Origin: a bacterium
Lineage (GTDB): Bacteria; Myxococcota_A; UBA9160; SZUA-336
Reading direction: 5' to 3'
DNA: 64,000 nucleotides
NCBI GenBank assembly: GCA_024226335.1
Contig: JAAELY010000266.1
Span: forward strand, 9,515 to 73,514
The position numbers and the translations under genes were made by a program. Under the pieces are notes generated by a model that saw only the letters and a list, made by a program, of their open reading frames with translations, did no database searches and was not told where the DNA came from. Of the stretch, positions 37,711 through 47,578 are shown piece after piece; positions within the stretch are counted from its first letter, which is position 1; each line of letters starts with the position of its first letter.

Positions 37711-38898
37711 ATGCGAACCGATCTCTGTGACCTCTTCGGAATCGACGTGCCCGTATTTGCCTTCAGCCACTGTCGGGATGTCGTGGCCGCAGTGACCAAC
37801 GCCGGGGGACTCGGGGTGCTGGGCGCACTCGCGTTTTCCGATGAGCAACTCGAGATCGAGTTGAACTGGATCGATGAGCACGTCAACGGAAAGCCCTACG
37901 GCGTCGACGTGGTCATGCCGGCCAGCTATGCGGGCAAGAGCGAGGGACTGGGATCTCGGGACGACAAGACAGGCACGGTCGATGCCGACGTCTTCAAGAA
38001 CATGATACCCGCGGAGACCCGCGAGTGGATCGAGGAGATCCTGCAAGAGTACGAAGTTCCGCCGCTTCCCAGAGGCTCGGAGCGCGACGAAGGGGTTGGC
38101 GGCGGTAGTTCCGGATTGCTCGGTTGGACTGAAGGAGGAGGCCGCGGTCAGGTCGCCATTGCGCTCGAGCATCCGATCTCTCTGCTGGTTAACGCTCTCG
38201 GACCACCTCCAAAGGACATCATCGAGCTCGCCCATGAGCACGGCGTCAAGGTGGCCGCGCTCACCGGCGCGGTGGAGCACGCCATTCGCCAGAAAGAACA
38301 AGGTGTCGACATCATCGTCGCTCAGGGAACGGAAGCCGGCGGGCACACAGGAGAGGTGGGTTCAATGGTTCTGCTTCCGGATATTGTCGATGCGGTTTCC
38401 CCGACACCGGTTCTGGGCGCAGGCGGGATCGGCAGCGGGCGACAGGCCGCAGCGGCTCTGGCTCTCGGAGCGCAGGGTGTATGGACGGGCTCGATCTGGC
38501 TCGGTGTCGCCGAAAGCGATATGTCCCCGGTGGTCAAGAACAAACTGCTGGCCGCCGGATCGCGGGACGCTGTGCGATCCCGCAGTCTTTCAGGCAAGCC
38601 CGCCCGTTTGCTGAGGACGGCCTGGACCGAGGCCTGGTTGCGCGATGATTGTCCCGGAACGCTTCCCATGCCACTCCAGTACATGGCCTGCGCAGAGGCG
38701 CAGACGCGAATTGGCCTGGCAGCGCGCAAGCCCGGGGCGAAGGCCCGAGAACTGGTGGGCATCCCGGTGGGCCAGGTCGTGAGCCGCATGGTCGACGAGG
38801 AGACGTCCGCGCAGCTGATCTATCGCTTCATGGAGGAGTTCATCGAATGCGTCGAGCGCCTCAATGGAATGCTGACGGCGGCGGAAGACCGCGGCTGA
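37711..38898 (+). CDS. Nitronate monooxygenase / 2-nitropropane dioxygenase family flavoprotein
   Basis: FAFSHCRDVVAAV, AQGTEAGGH, AGGIGSG; ATG after GGAG. Confidence 0.9.
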   Translation: MRTDLCDLFGIDVPVFAFSHCRDVVAAVTNAGGLGVLGALAFSDEQLEIELNWIDEHVNGKPYGVDVVMPASYAGKSEGLGSRDDKTGTVDADVFKNMIPAETREWIEEILQEYEVPPLPRGSERDEGVGGGSSGLLGWTEGGGRGQVAIALEHPISLLVNALGPPPKDIIELAHEHGVKVAALTGAVEHAIRQKEQGVDIIVAQGTEAGGHTGEVGSMVLLPDIVDAVSPTPVLGAGGIGSGRQAAAALALGAQGVWTGSIWLGVAESDMSPVVKNKLLAAGSRDAVRSRSLSGKPARLLRTAWTEAWLRDDCPGTLPMPLQYMACAEAQTRIGLAARKPGAKARELVGIPVGQVVSRMVDEETSAQLIYRFMEEFIECVERLNGMLTAAEDRG

Positions 38899-38962
38899 AA
38901 CTCCGTCCTGGAATACCTATCTTCCGTTCTGTAGACGGACCTGACGTGAAATCGAACTTCCG

Positions 38963-39820
38963 ATGACGGTGACTCTTTCCACATCTTCCCATCCGCGCGC
39001 GTTTGCGGACAATTGTTATGTGTATGCGGTTCTGTCCCGCCGGGCGCGCGGTGTGTCGATCGGGTTGAACCTGAACCCAGACAAGATCTGCAACTTCAGC
39101 TGTGCCTACTGTCAGGTAGAGCGTCGAGAACCTCAGATCGCAGCTGCGATTCAGCCAGAGGTCCTGAGACGCGAACTAAGGGATATGCTGGAGAAGATCT
39201 CTGCCGGGTTTTTCGACGAAGTCGTTCGCGAGCGCGGACTCGACGCCTCGATGGGCAGGGTGACCGAGGTCGGGATCGCGGGCGATGCCGAGCCCACGTC
39301 ATCGCCGGCCTTCTGCGAACTCATGATCATCACGCGCGAAGAGATCGAAGCCTCTGGGCTCGATCTGCCACTCGTGCTGTACACGAATGCCAGTCTTCTT
39401 CAGCGCGAGAAAGTGCAACGGGGAATAGCCGAACTGGATCGTCTGCACGGTGTCGTCTACGCGAAACTCGATGCGGGAACGGAAAGCTATTTCCAGCGCG
39501 TCGCGCAGACGAAGGTTCCGTTTGCGCGCATTCTGGAGAACCTCGCTTTGAGGGCCAGATCCGCAACGGGGCGCACCCAGATCCAGAGTCTGTTCTCGTG
39601 TATCTCCGGAGATCCACCGCCTCCCGAGGAGATTCAGGCCTATGGTGCGCGCCTCGCATCCATCGTCGACGGCGGTGGGCGCCTGGAGTCGATTCAGCTC
39701 ATGACCGTGGCGAGGCCCCCCGCTGAAGCGAAGATGACACCGCTCACCCGCGAGCAACTGGAGTCGATTGCTGCCGAGGTCCGGCGCCAGGTTCCCGGAG
39801 TTCCAGTCGAGGTCTTCTGA
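38963..39820 (+). CDS. Radical SAM protein
   Basis: SRRARGVSIGLNL, CNFSCAYC, GDAEPT, KLDAG. Confidence 0.9.
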   Translation: MTVTLSTSSHPRAFADNCYVYAVLSRRARGVSIGLNLNPDKICNFSCAYCQVERREPQIAAAIQPEVLRRELRDMLEKISAGFFDEVVRERGLDASMGRVTEVGIAGDAEPTSSPAFCELMIITREEIEASGLDLPLVLYTNASLLQREKVQRGIAELDRLHGVVYAKLDAGTESYFQRVAQTKVPFARILENLALRARSATGRTQIQSLFSCISGDPPPPEEIQAYGARLASIVDGGGRLESIQLMTVARPPAEAKMTPLTREQLESIAAEVRRQVPGVPVEVF

Positions 39821-39865
39821 TCGCTCGATCGTATGGCGGTAGCCGAGGTCTGCGCGGCCCGCGGA

Positions 39866-40609
39866 TCAGTCCGGTTCGTTCGAACCCGTGATCTCGTCAA
39901 ACTTTCCGCAGTCGAGTGAAGTGTCGACCGGAACCGGGAACGAAACGTCGTGAATCGAAAGACTCCCGACGTCTTTGGAAGGGTCCAGTTCCCGCGCGTA
40001 CTCCAGGACCGAGCGTCGAGAACCCCCGAGGTGTACGGTGCCGTTGACGTCTCGCTCCATCAGGGCGACGAGTTTGCGCGCGACGATGGACACGGACTGG
40101 CGGCTCGTCCACTGATCTTCAAATGCCTTGGGAAACGGAAACTCATTGGGTCCAAACGAGGTCCGCACGATCAGCGACCGATCGTAGAGCCGGGCTGCAC
40201 ATTCTCCGCCCAGTTTCGACCAGGCGTATTTGTTGATGGGCGAGACCGCATCGTCTTCGACATAGTTTCCCCGATCGCCTTTGAACACGTAGTCGGTGCT
40301 TATGTAGATCAGCCGACAGGCGAATCCGATGCACAGCTTTACGATGTTCGCCGTGCCGATCAGATTGGCATCCAGTGCGGACTGTGGATCTTCTTCGATA
40401 CGTGGTGGCGAGGTGAAGGCTGCCGCGTGAACGACCAGGTCGACTTCGCGTCCGGTGCCGTAGGCCTCAACGCTCTGCCAGTTCGAGACGTCGAGTTCGC
40501 TGGACGACGGGTACAGAGCGTCCGGGAGGAGTCCCCTCATCTCCGTTCCCAGGAGTCCACTTCCGCCTGTGAACAGGATTCTGGACTGGGCCGGCAAGCC
40601 GACGCTCAC
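39866..40609 (-). CDS. rfbD: dTDP-4-dehydrorhamnose reductase-like SDR
   Basis: TGGSGLLG, ISTDYVF, YAWSK; GTGA overlap with rfbC stop. Confidence 0.85.
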   Translation of the reverse strand: MSVGLPAQSRILFTGGSGLLGTEMRGLLPDALYPSSSELDVSNWQSVEAYGTGREVDLVVHAAAFTSPPRIEEDPQSALDANLIGTANIVKLCIGFACRLIYISTDYVFKGDRGNYVEDDAVSPINKYAWSKLGGECAARLYDRSLIVRTSFGPNEFPFPKAFEDQWTSRQSVSIVARKLVALMERDVNGTVHLGGSRRSVLEYARELDPSKDVGSLSIHDVSFPVPVDTSLDCGKFDEITGSNEPD

Positions 40610-41244
40610 AACTGGCCGAGTGCGAACTGTTCGGAGCGCTCGTCCTGGAGCCACGCGTCCAGACTGAGGCCTTCCCGATCCTTGTCCGTCATCAGGGGTT
40701 TGGAGTTCGCGATCCGTTCGAAGCCCTTTCGGAGTTCCGGATCGCACAAGGACCAGTCGATGTCCGCCGCCAGCGGCGAGATTCCAGCTTCGCAGCCCGG
40801 GCTGTACTCACCGGAGCACATGTACTCGATGACCGTATTCTCGGAGAAGTAGTTTCCGTGAGCAAATCCCGGGGGTACCCAGATCCACTCGTGTGAGTCC
40901 GCCGCGGAATCGGTCGGCATGTCGTAACAGATGGCCTTTCCCAGCGTGGCCGAACCCTTGCGGATATCGAGCACGATATCGACCATTCGGCCCGAGATCG
41001 TGCGGACCAGTTTGCCCATATAGGGGTTCCACTGAAAATGCAGCCCGCGAATACAACCTTCCCGAGAGAAGCTCTCGTTGGCCTGCACGAACTCCACGCC
41101 TCTCATGAATTCGAGGTCGGCGTGGCCCTGAAAATCGCTGCGTCGGAAGTGTTCGGTGAAGTAGCCGCGATCATCTGCAAAACGACCGAAGCGGATCACC
41201 TGAACGCCCTCGAGTGCCAGTTCTTTGACGTCGAGTAGCTTCAC
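40606..41244 (-). CDS. rfbC: dTDP-4-dehydrorhamnose 3,5-epimerase
   Basis: DDRGYF, IRGLHFQ, DIRKGS, WVPPGFAHG. Confidence 0.92.
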   Translation of the reverse strand: MKLLDVKELALEGVQVIRFGRFADDRGYFTEHFRRSDFQGHADLEFMRGVEFVQANESFSREGCIRGLHFQWNPYMGKLVRTISGRMVDIVLDIRKGSATLGKAICYDMPTDSAADSHEWIWVPPGFAHGNYFSENTVIEYMCSGEYSPGCEAGISPLAADIDWSLCDPELRKGFERIANSKPLMTDKDREGLSLDAWLQDERSEQFALGQL

Positions 41245-42308
41245 TTCGATGGACTCTGTGGCGAAACTTGTGCGGGCATGGGTTCTTGTCCCTCCAGATA
41301 GGGGTTCGAAAGGATGGCGTAATTCGCATCACGGCCGAAGCGGCGGAGCAGGGCGCTGAGGCCGGCTCTGGGAATTCGCATCGCGGTTCGCCAGTAGAGT
41401 TTCAGGAAGAGTCTGCGCTCCAGCATCGTCTCGGTCGACTGATTCGTACCGAAAACCCGCGCCTTGAGAAGCAGCGCGGCGTTCGAAGCGATGTGCAGGG
41501 CCTCGACGAGTGTCGCGTAGAAACGGCCGTGGTGTCTGATGAAGTAGTGGACACGGCTATTTCGCTCGACGGTCATGTACTTGATCTTTGAATCGGGATT
41601 GGGATTGGACTGTGGATCGCTCTGGCCCACCAGATGTGTGATTTCCGTGTCGGGCGTGTACCAGATTTCATGCCCCGCATCCTGGATGCGATGGCACCAG
41701 TCTACTTCGTCATAGGTCAGGAAGAAGTACGGGTCGATTCCGCCCACTGAGTCGAGCAGTTCCCGGCGAATCATCAACGAGGCGCCGCAGACCCAGTCTA
41801 CCGGTCGAGCGTCATCTCCCTCCCAGTACGACATGTGAAACCTGCCGAATCTCGGGCTCCGGGGAAACCGATCTTCCAGTCCGAGGAAGTGATAGAGATA
41901 GGTCGTCAGCGTTGGATATGATCTCGCGGAAATCTGCCGGTCGCCGTTTGTTTCGACCAGTTTGCATCCGACGGCCCCGGCGCTCGTCTCGCGATCCAAT
42001 AGTTCGATCATGGTTCTGAACGATTCGGGTCGGACGATCGTATCGGGATTCAGGAGCAGGATGTAGCGACCGTGCGCGATGGCCAGCGCGCGGTTGTTCG
42101 CTTCGGCGAAGCCGATGTTGTCTCCGTTTTCCAGGATCTGGATCTCCGGAAACTTCTCGCGGGTCCACTGGAGGGAGCCATCGCTACTCCCGTTGTCGCT
42201 CAGGATCACCTCGACATCGAGCCCTTCCAGGGCCGGAGGCAGCGATTGGAGGCAACCGCGCAGCACACGGTCGTTATTGAAGTTCACGATGATGACGGAA
42301 AGTTGCAC
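41241..42308 (-). CDS. GT2 glycosyltransferase (rhamnosyltransferase-like)
   Basis: VIIVNFN, DNGSSDG, GFAEANN, LLNPD, DWVCGA, YDEVDW. Confidence 0.92.
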   Translation of the reverse strand: MQLSVIIVNFNNDRVLRGCLQSLPPALEGLDVEVILSDNGSSDGSLQWTREKFPEIQILENGDNIGFAEANNRALAIAHGRYILLLNPDTIVRPESFRTMIELLDRETSAGAVGCKLVETNGDRQISARSYPTLTTYLYHFLGLEDRFPRSPRFGRFHMSYWEGDDARPVDWVCGASLMIRRELLDSVGGIDPYFFLTYDEVDWCHRIQDAGHEIWYTPDTEITHLVGQSDPQSNPNPDSKIKYMTVERNSRVHYFIRHHGRFYATLVEALHIASNAALLLKARVFGTNQSTETMLERRLFLKLYWRTAMRIPRAGLSALLRRFGRDANYAILSNPYLEGQEPMPAQVSPQSPSK

Positions 42309-42348
42309 GATCTGGTCCGGGACGATCAGTTATCGAAGAGAATGCCGG

Positions 42349-43371
42349 TCAGAAAGGACCGCCACCCATCGCCTTCAGTCGAAGTTCCATTTCCGACAAT
42401 AGTTCGAGCCAACGGATGTTGTAGTAGATCGGGCGGTCGACATCGACGCCCTGCTCGAGTTCGTCCCACATTTCGGCGGCCGAGGATACGATTTCATCAT
42501 CGCCGTTGATATCGACCACCTTGTGAAACTTGTTGCCGTCGACGCGATAGGTTCGCGAGGTTCCAACCTGTTGAACATCGAGATCCAGACGAATGCCCTT
42601 CTGGTGCTCGAGTGCTCGTCGAACTTCGTGTGCGAGCTTGATGACCTGGTAGTTTCCCGACAGGGCGTTGAAGATCTGACCGGCTACCTGCTCCACGGGC
42701 GCGTTCAAGACGCCGATGTAGGCTTTGACCGCCTGGTTGATACCCAGCATCGGCCGCCACATCCGCCCACCGGCGTGCAATGTCAAGCGTCGTTTTGCAA
42801 AGGCGTCGCGCACAAAAGTGTTGATCACGAGGTCGTACCGCATCCGAGGAGACTGGCCGTAGATCGTGCCTTTGCGCAGGGCCGTCACGGCGAAGCTCTC
42901 GTCGGCCATTTCCATCAGACCGATTTCGGCCTGGCGCTTCGACCAGGAGTAGGGCGCCTCGGGATGCACCTCGTGTTCTTCATCGAGCAGTTCGTCGCCG
43001 GGTGTCATCGAGTAGTAGATCGAGCAAGACGAAGCGAATACGAAGCGGCCGACGCCCGCTTCTTTTGCCAGACGACCCAGGCGAACGGTCGCATCCAGGT
43101 TCATGGACTTATTGGCTTCGGGGTTGTATTCGGCCGTGGGATCATTGGAAAGCCCGGCGAGGTGGACGATTCCATCCACGCCGCGTAGATGCTCTACCTC
43201 GACCTCTCGCACGTCCATGGGGATCATCTCGATGCGGTCGATGACCTCGGACAGCCCTTCGTCTCCGAAGAGCAGTTTGTCGATGACGCGCACCTCGTGC
43301 CCAGCATCGAGCAGAGCCGGTACGAGTCGGCAGCCGATGTATCCGGCGCCGCCAGTGACGAGTACTTTCAT
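42349..43371 (-). CDS. NAD-dependent nucleotide-sugar epimerase/dehydratase
   Basis: TGGAGYIG, HLAGLSND, YSWSK, SPRMRYDL; start MKVLV after AAGGTGG. Confidence 0.9.
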   Translation of the reverse strand: MKVLVTGGAGYIGCRLVPALLDAGHEVRVIDKLLFGDEGLSEVIDRIEMIPMDVREVEVEHLRGVDGIVHLAGLSNDPTAEYNPEANKSMNLDATVRLGRLAKEAGVGRFVFASSCSIYYSMTPGDELLDEEHEVHPEAPYSWSKRQAEIGLMEMADESFAVTALRKGTIYGQSPRMRYDLVINTFVRDAFAKRRLTLHAGGRMWRPMLGINQAVKAYIGVLNAPVEQVAGQIFNALSGNYQVIKLAHEVRRALEHQKGIRLDLDVQQVGTSRTYRVDGNKFHKVVDINGDDEIVSSAAEMWDELEQGVDVDRPIYYNIRWLELLSEMELRLKAMGGGPF

Positions 43372-43476
43372 GCCCACCTTCCGCTGCTTACCCATTGCTT
43401 TATCAGACGACCGGTCCGCAACCCAGTCCGCTTCCCAACCCACCAGGACAGAAACCGCGCGGAGGGCTCCATCCCA

Positions 43477-43504
43477 TTATCGGGAGGGTCCGAAGGCGCC
43501 TTTA
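43477..43504 (-). promoter_or_regulatory. Sigma28 (FliA/SigD)-like promoter for the epimerase-GT2-rfbC-rfbD operon
   Basis: Minus strand TAAA-N16-CCCGATAA. Confidence 0.6.
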
Positions 43505-43589
43505 CCCAGCCCGCAAAAGCGTTTTTCCGGCTGACCTGCACACCTCGCGCTTGCCACGGACCGTCTCTTTCCCTCGTATGCGCCATCAG

Positions 43590-44131
43590 ATGACGCGTCC
43601 GACCATAGACCGTAGCACGGCTCTCGGTGCTGCGAATCGGGTCGTACCAAGGGAGACCCTTTCATCCGCCTGGAGAAGCCTGCAGCACAGTCGCGCTTTG
43701 GTCTGATCACCACTGGCGGCTATTCGATTGACGGAGTTCAGGAGCCGTTCAATCCCGCCCCGAGCTTCGATGATACCTCCGTCGGAGTGCGCGCAATTCC
43801 CATCGACGTGGATCACAGCAAGCTTCGCATCGACCATGTGGCGTACGACCACCGGTTCGCGGAGGAAGACATCAACGTCAACCTGCCTCTCGATCGACTC
43901 GCCGAGCTGGAAAAGGCCGGGGAATTCGGATCCCTGGCGCGAAACACGTATGTCACCATGGGGCTGCAACCGAACACCGAGCCGCTACTCGGCCAGTTGA
44001 TTCGAAAGCTCAATATTGGCGCTACCGTGGGTCGGCCGGGAGACATCGAGGGACAGCTCGATACACTGCGGCGCATGATCGCATTGATCGACGACGCTGA
44101 AGCACATGGAAGCGTTGCTCGAGACGTCTGA
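43590..44131 (+). pseudogene. Glycine/proline reductase selenoprotein B-like (PrdB/GrdB family) remnant
   Basis: PFIRLEKP...LITTGG...DINVNLPLDRLAEL...MG fused directly to GATVGRPGD; no in-frame start (TAG at 43613); likely ATG 43590 is in another frame. Confidence 0.7.
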
Positions 44132-44202
44132 AAACTCGTTTCCATGACGCTCCGCTCTCGATCGCAGCGAGGTTCGGTCCGTGTCACTGAACCCGGTTGG
44201 AG

Positions 44203-44979
44203 CTACTCCGCCAGCGGGTTCACGATGCGGCGCTGGGCCGCTCCCTCGAGGTGGGAACGCAGGAACTCGAAGCTCCAGTCGATTTCCTCCTGGGGTATTT
44301 CCGGATGGAGGCCCGGATTCGCGTGCAGGCGTTTGTCTTCGGCGGGAAGCGCATCGAAGACTTCGAAGTAGCCCGAACGTTCGAAGAGTTCGTCTTCGAG
44401 TTGCATCAGATAGAGCAGCGGGCAATGGATCTGCGCAGCATCACCCAGCAGTCGTTCTGCAAGACCTTCTGTGGGCCCACGGGTTCCGAGTAGCCCCAGT
44501 ACCGCCACGACGACGTCCGAACGCGACGCGATCAGTGGAATCCCGAAGATCGAGCCCATCGAAAGTCCGAAGTAGGCGAGCGGGCTCTGGCCTACGGCTT
44601 CGAGCGCCTGGGTCGTCGAGATCGCCAGTTGCCAGTCTTCGACCATATCGTCGATGGCGGTTGGACGCATCATCTCGGGCATGAGTGCTTCGCGACCCCC
44701 GGGGCCGACCTGACGCAATCCGTGGACAGGTCCGTCCATCGAAAGGACCGGATATCCCGCAGTGCTGAACCGGCTCGCCAGGTGCGGGATAGGAATCTGA
44801 TACCGATCTCCTGACGCGCCGTGACCCAGGACAATCATGGGCTGCCCTGAAGTTCCGTTCCGAGGCAACCAGACTGCACCGGTCACGGGGCGGCATTCGC
44901 TGCGCTCGATCACGAACTCTCGCGTCGCTTCGTCTCGTGGATCGCTCGCGTTACTCCAGGTCGTCTTTGTGTCTGCCAT
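44203..44979 (-). CDS. Alpha/beta hydrolase
   Basis: LGHG, GLSMG nucleophile elbow, DELF, NPGLH. Confidence 0.88.
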   Translation of the reverse strand: MADTKTTWSNASDPRDEATREFVIERSECRPVTGAVWLPRNGTSGQPMIVLGHGASGDRYQIPIPHLASRFSTAGYPVLSMDGPVHGLRQVGPGGREALMPEMMRPTAIDDMVEDWQLAISTTQALEAVGQSPLAYFGLSMGSIFGIPLIASRSDVVVAVLGLLGTRGPTEGLAERLLGDAAQIHCPLLYLMQLEDELFERSGYFEVFDALPAEDKRLHANPGLHPEIPQEEIDWSFEFLRSHLEGAAQRRIVNPLAE

Positions 44980-45024
44980 AGCGGGAGTGTACCGCAGTCA
45001 GACGAAAGCCAGTTTCCCAGGGCG

Positions 45025-46335
45025 TCAGACGGAGCGTACCAGCGCAGCGACTCCGTGTTCGAGTGGAGAGTGGTTACCGGAAGGCGTGCTGGAAGGAGGC
45101 GTGGACTGCAATCCGTTTCGTCGTTCGCTCGGGATGGCCTCTTTGTAACGCGATCGCCACTCGTGCGCGTCCTGATCGATCGTCTTGACTGCGCCGATCC
45201 CCGCGCGCAACTCGGCGATGCGTTCGGGCTGGCTGATCAGTTGACGCAGCCAGTATTCGAGTTCGTTAGGGTCGCGAGGATCGAACAGGAGTCCGTTCTT
45301 TTCGTGGCTCACGATTTCCGGAATGCCGCCCACGCGCGAGGCGAGTACGGGTACACCGGCACTCAGCGCCTCGCGGGCGACGACCGGATAGTTCTCGCTC
45401 AACGAAGGAAGCACGAGTACGTCGATTCCTGAGAGGATTTGCGGAAGATCTGCGGCCTCGTAGGGCCCCGAGATGTTCATTCGCGGGTCGCGTTCGATCT
45501 CGCTCATCAAATCCGGTCCGGCACTGCCAGATCCGTGAATCTGGAGACGCGCGCGCCCCTCAACGCGGCCGAAAGAACGCGCCATGTGTTCCGCGTTCTT
45601 CAGGCGGCTGAAAGTTCCAAGAAATCCGAACACGACCTCTTCGCGTTTCTGCCGCGGCGCGTGGACCGGAGTCACACCCAGTGGCGTGGTCTTGATGTGT
45701 CCAGCCGGAAAGCCGGCTCCTTCCAGAATTCCGATCAGATAGCGGGACGGCGCCGTCACCAGATCGCATGCGTCGAACGCAGCGCGCGCCGCGTCCCGTC
45801 GCCGAGCGAAGGCTTCCACGAGGGCCGGGGCAACCTCTCCTGAGCCCGAGAATACGCATCTGGCGCACCGTTCAGGTGTGTCTGGGCCCGTCTCGCATGA
45901 CTCGGATCGTTCCGGAATGAACATATGTGTGCGTCCGCAGGCGAACCACGCGTCGTGCAGGGTCAGATGGACGGGGAGTTTCGCCTGTTTTGCGACCCCG
46001 AACAGGGAGAACGGCAGTGCGATCCAGGTGTGATGAAAGTGGATCAAGTTGCAGTCGGATTTGCTGATGGCTTGTCGAAACAGTGCCTCGATGGACTCAT
46101 TGCGCACCGTCAGTCCGAAGTCATGGTTTACCGGAGTCTCGAGACGGTAGACCTTCAGGCCGAATTCCTTGCGATGAATCAGGCGCGGTTCCCGTCCCGC
46201 GGCGGCGGCGGCGGAATAGAAGATGCTCACGTCGACCCCGGCGTCCTGAAGAGCATGGGCCATGTCGTGGACGTAGACTTCGACTCCCCCTCGCCAGTCC
46301 GACACAAAACTGTGAGACACCAGCATGACACGCAT
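45025..46335 (-). CDS. GT4 glycosyltransferase
   Basis: GGVEVY, TLHDAW, ENYPVVAREA, SRVGGIPE; start may be 46398. Confidence 0.9.
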   Translation of the reverse strand: MRVMLVSHSFVSDWRGGVEVYVHDMAHALQDAGVDVSIFYSAAAAAGREPRLIHRKEFGLKVYRLETPVNHDFGLTVRNESIEALFRQAISKSDCNLIHFHHTWIALPFSLFGVAKQAKLPVHLTLHDAWFACGRTHMFIPERSESCETGPDTPERCARCVFSGSGEVAPALVEAFARRRDAARAAFDACDLVTAPSRYLIGILEGAGFPAGHIKTTPLGVTPVHAPRQKREEVVFGFLGTFSRLKNAEHMARSFGRVEGRARLQIHGSGSAGPDLMSEIERDPRMNISGPYEAADLPQILSGIDVLVLPSLSENYPVVAREALSAGVPVLASRVGGIPEIVSHEKNGLLFDPRDPNELEYWLRQLISQPERIAELRAGIGAVKTIDQDAHEWRSRYKEAIPSERRNGLQSTPPSSTPSGNHSPLEHGVAALVRSV

Positions 46336-46470
46336 CGTCGGAGGCCGCTCCGTCGGAATTCTGTCGGATTCAGTCGGGAAGGTCACACCAGTCCGCATTC
46401 ATTTCCGTGAAGTTCGTGCAGTGTCGGGAAGTACTTTCTCCGAGACTGGCGCGAACCAAATATGCGGCTC

Positions 46471-46497
46471 TTATCGGCAGCTGGATCTTCACCGGTA
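46471..46497 (-). promoter_or_regulatory. Sigma28-like promoter upstream of GT4
   Basis: Perfect -10 GCCGATAA (46478-46471); weak -35 TACC at N15. Confidence 0.45.
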
Positions 46498-46714
46498 GGA
46501 AAATCGACTCCTAAACGAGGGTCCTATCACGGGATCGGGAATACCTCTTCGTCAACTTCCATCCGGTCAACGGCGCTCTTCCCGGGCCGTCCGTTGTCAC
46601 CGGCGTTCGTTGGGGAAGGCTGCTCGTGTGCCGCAAGAAAGGGCGAGTCGCTCTGTTGGCGGATCTCAAGTGAAGACCGAGTACTCGCCGATCTTTTTGG
46701 TGGAGGGACTTGGT

Positions 46715-47578
46715 TTGAAGCTGATAGGCGGACTCATAGTCGTCTTCGGATGTGTCCTGGGAGGGTTCGTTCTCCACCACGGAAACTTGATGCAGCTCTT
46801 CGTTCCGACGGAGTATCTGATCATTCTCGGTTGCCTCGTCGGTGGAATGATCGTCAAGAACCCCGGAACCGTCATGATCGCTCTGGTCAAGGATATCCTG
46901 GGTCTGATCAAAGGGGGCGGCCCTGGCAAGAAGGAGTACCTCGAAGTCCTGAAGATGATCTACGAACTCATGCAGCTCGCGCGCAAAGAAGGTGTGCTGG
47001 CGCTAGAGAGTCATGTAAACGATCCTGGGACATCTTCTGTCTTCTCCAACTACCCCACCTTCACCAACGACCATCACGCCGTCCACTTCCTGTGTGACAC
47101 ACTCAAACTCTTCGTGGCGGGTGTGCTGGAACCGCACAATATGGACGAGCTGATGGAGCGCGATCTCGATGTGCTTCATCACGAAGAGATGCAGACGGCG
47201 AACGCCATGACCAATGCGGCCGACAGCCTTCCCGCCATCGGAATCGTCGCCGCAGTTCTCGGCATCATCCTGACCATGAGCGCGATCGACCAGGGAGCGG
47301 CCGCAGTCGGAATGAAGGTCGCCGGTGCGCTCGTCGGTACCTTCCTGGGTGTATTTATCGCCTACGGTATGGCCGGTCCCATAGCGGGTTCGATCGAGGC
47401 GAAGATCGACGCGAAGGGGCGCTACATGCAGTGCATTCGGCACGTGCTGGCGGCATCCATCAATGGCGTCAACCCTCCGATGGCCGTCGAGATCGGCCGT
47501 CGCACCATCTTCATGCATGACCGCCCCACCTTCGAAGAACTCGAAGAAGCATTGCGTGAGATGAAGGGCGGGGGTTGA
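46715..47578 (+). CDS. motA: Flagellar motor stator protein MotA
   Basis: TTG start after GGAGGG; ARKEGVLALE, PAIGIVAAVLG, ALVGTFLG, AVEIGR. Confidence 0.93.
   Translation: MKLIGGLIVVFGCVLGGFVLHHGNLMQLFVPTEYLIILGCLVGGMIVKNPGTVMIALVKDILGLIKGGGPGKKEYLEVLKMIYELMQLARKEGVLALESHVNDPGTSSVFSNYPTFTNDHHAVHFLCDTLKLFVAGVLEPHNMDELMERDLDVLHHEEMQTANAMTNAADSLPAIGIVAAVLGIILTMSAIDQGAAAVGMKVAGALVGTFLGVFIAYGMAGPIAGSIEAKIDAKGRYMQCIRHVLAASINGVNPPMAVEIGRRTIFMHDRPTFEELEEALREMKGGG

Noticed and set aside
43989..44010. In-frame UGA selenocysteine readthrough in the PrdB-like remnant
   Set aside because: The TGA in CAGTTGATT is out of frame (codons TTG ATT); the Sec-bearing block is absent rather than read through
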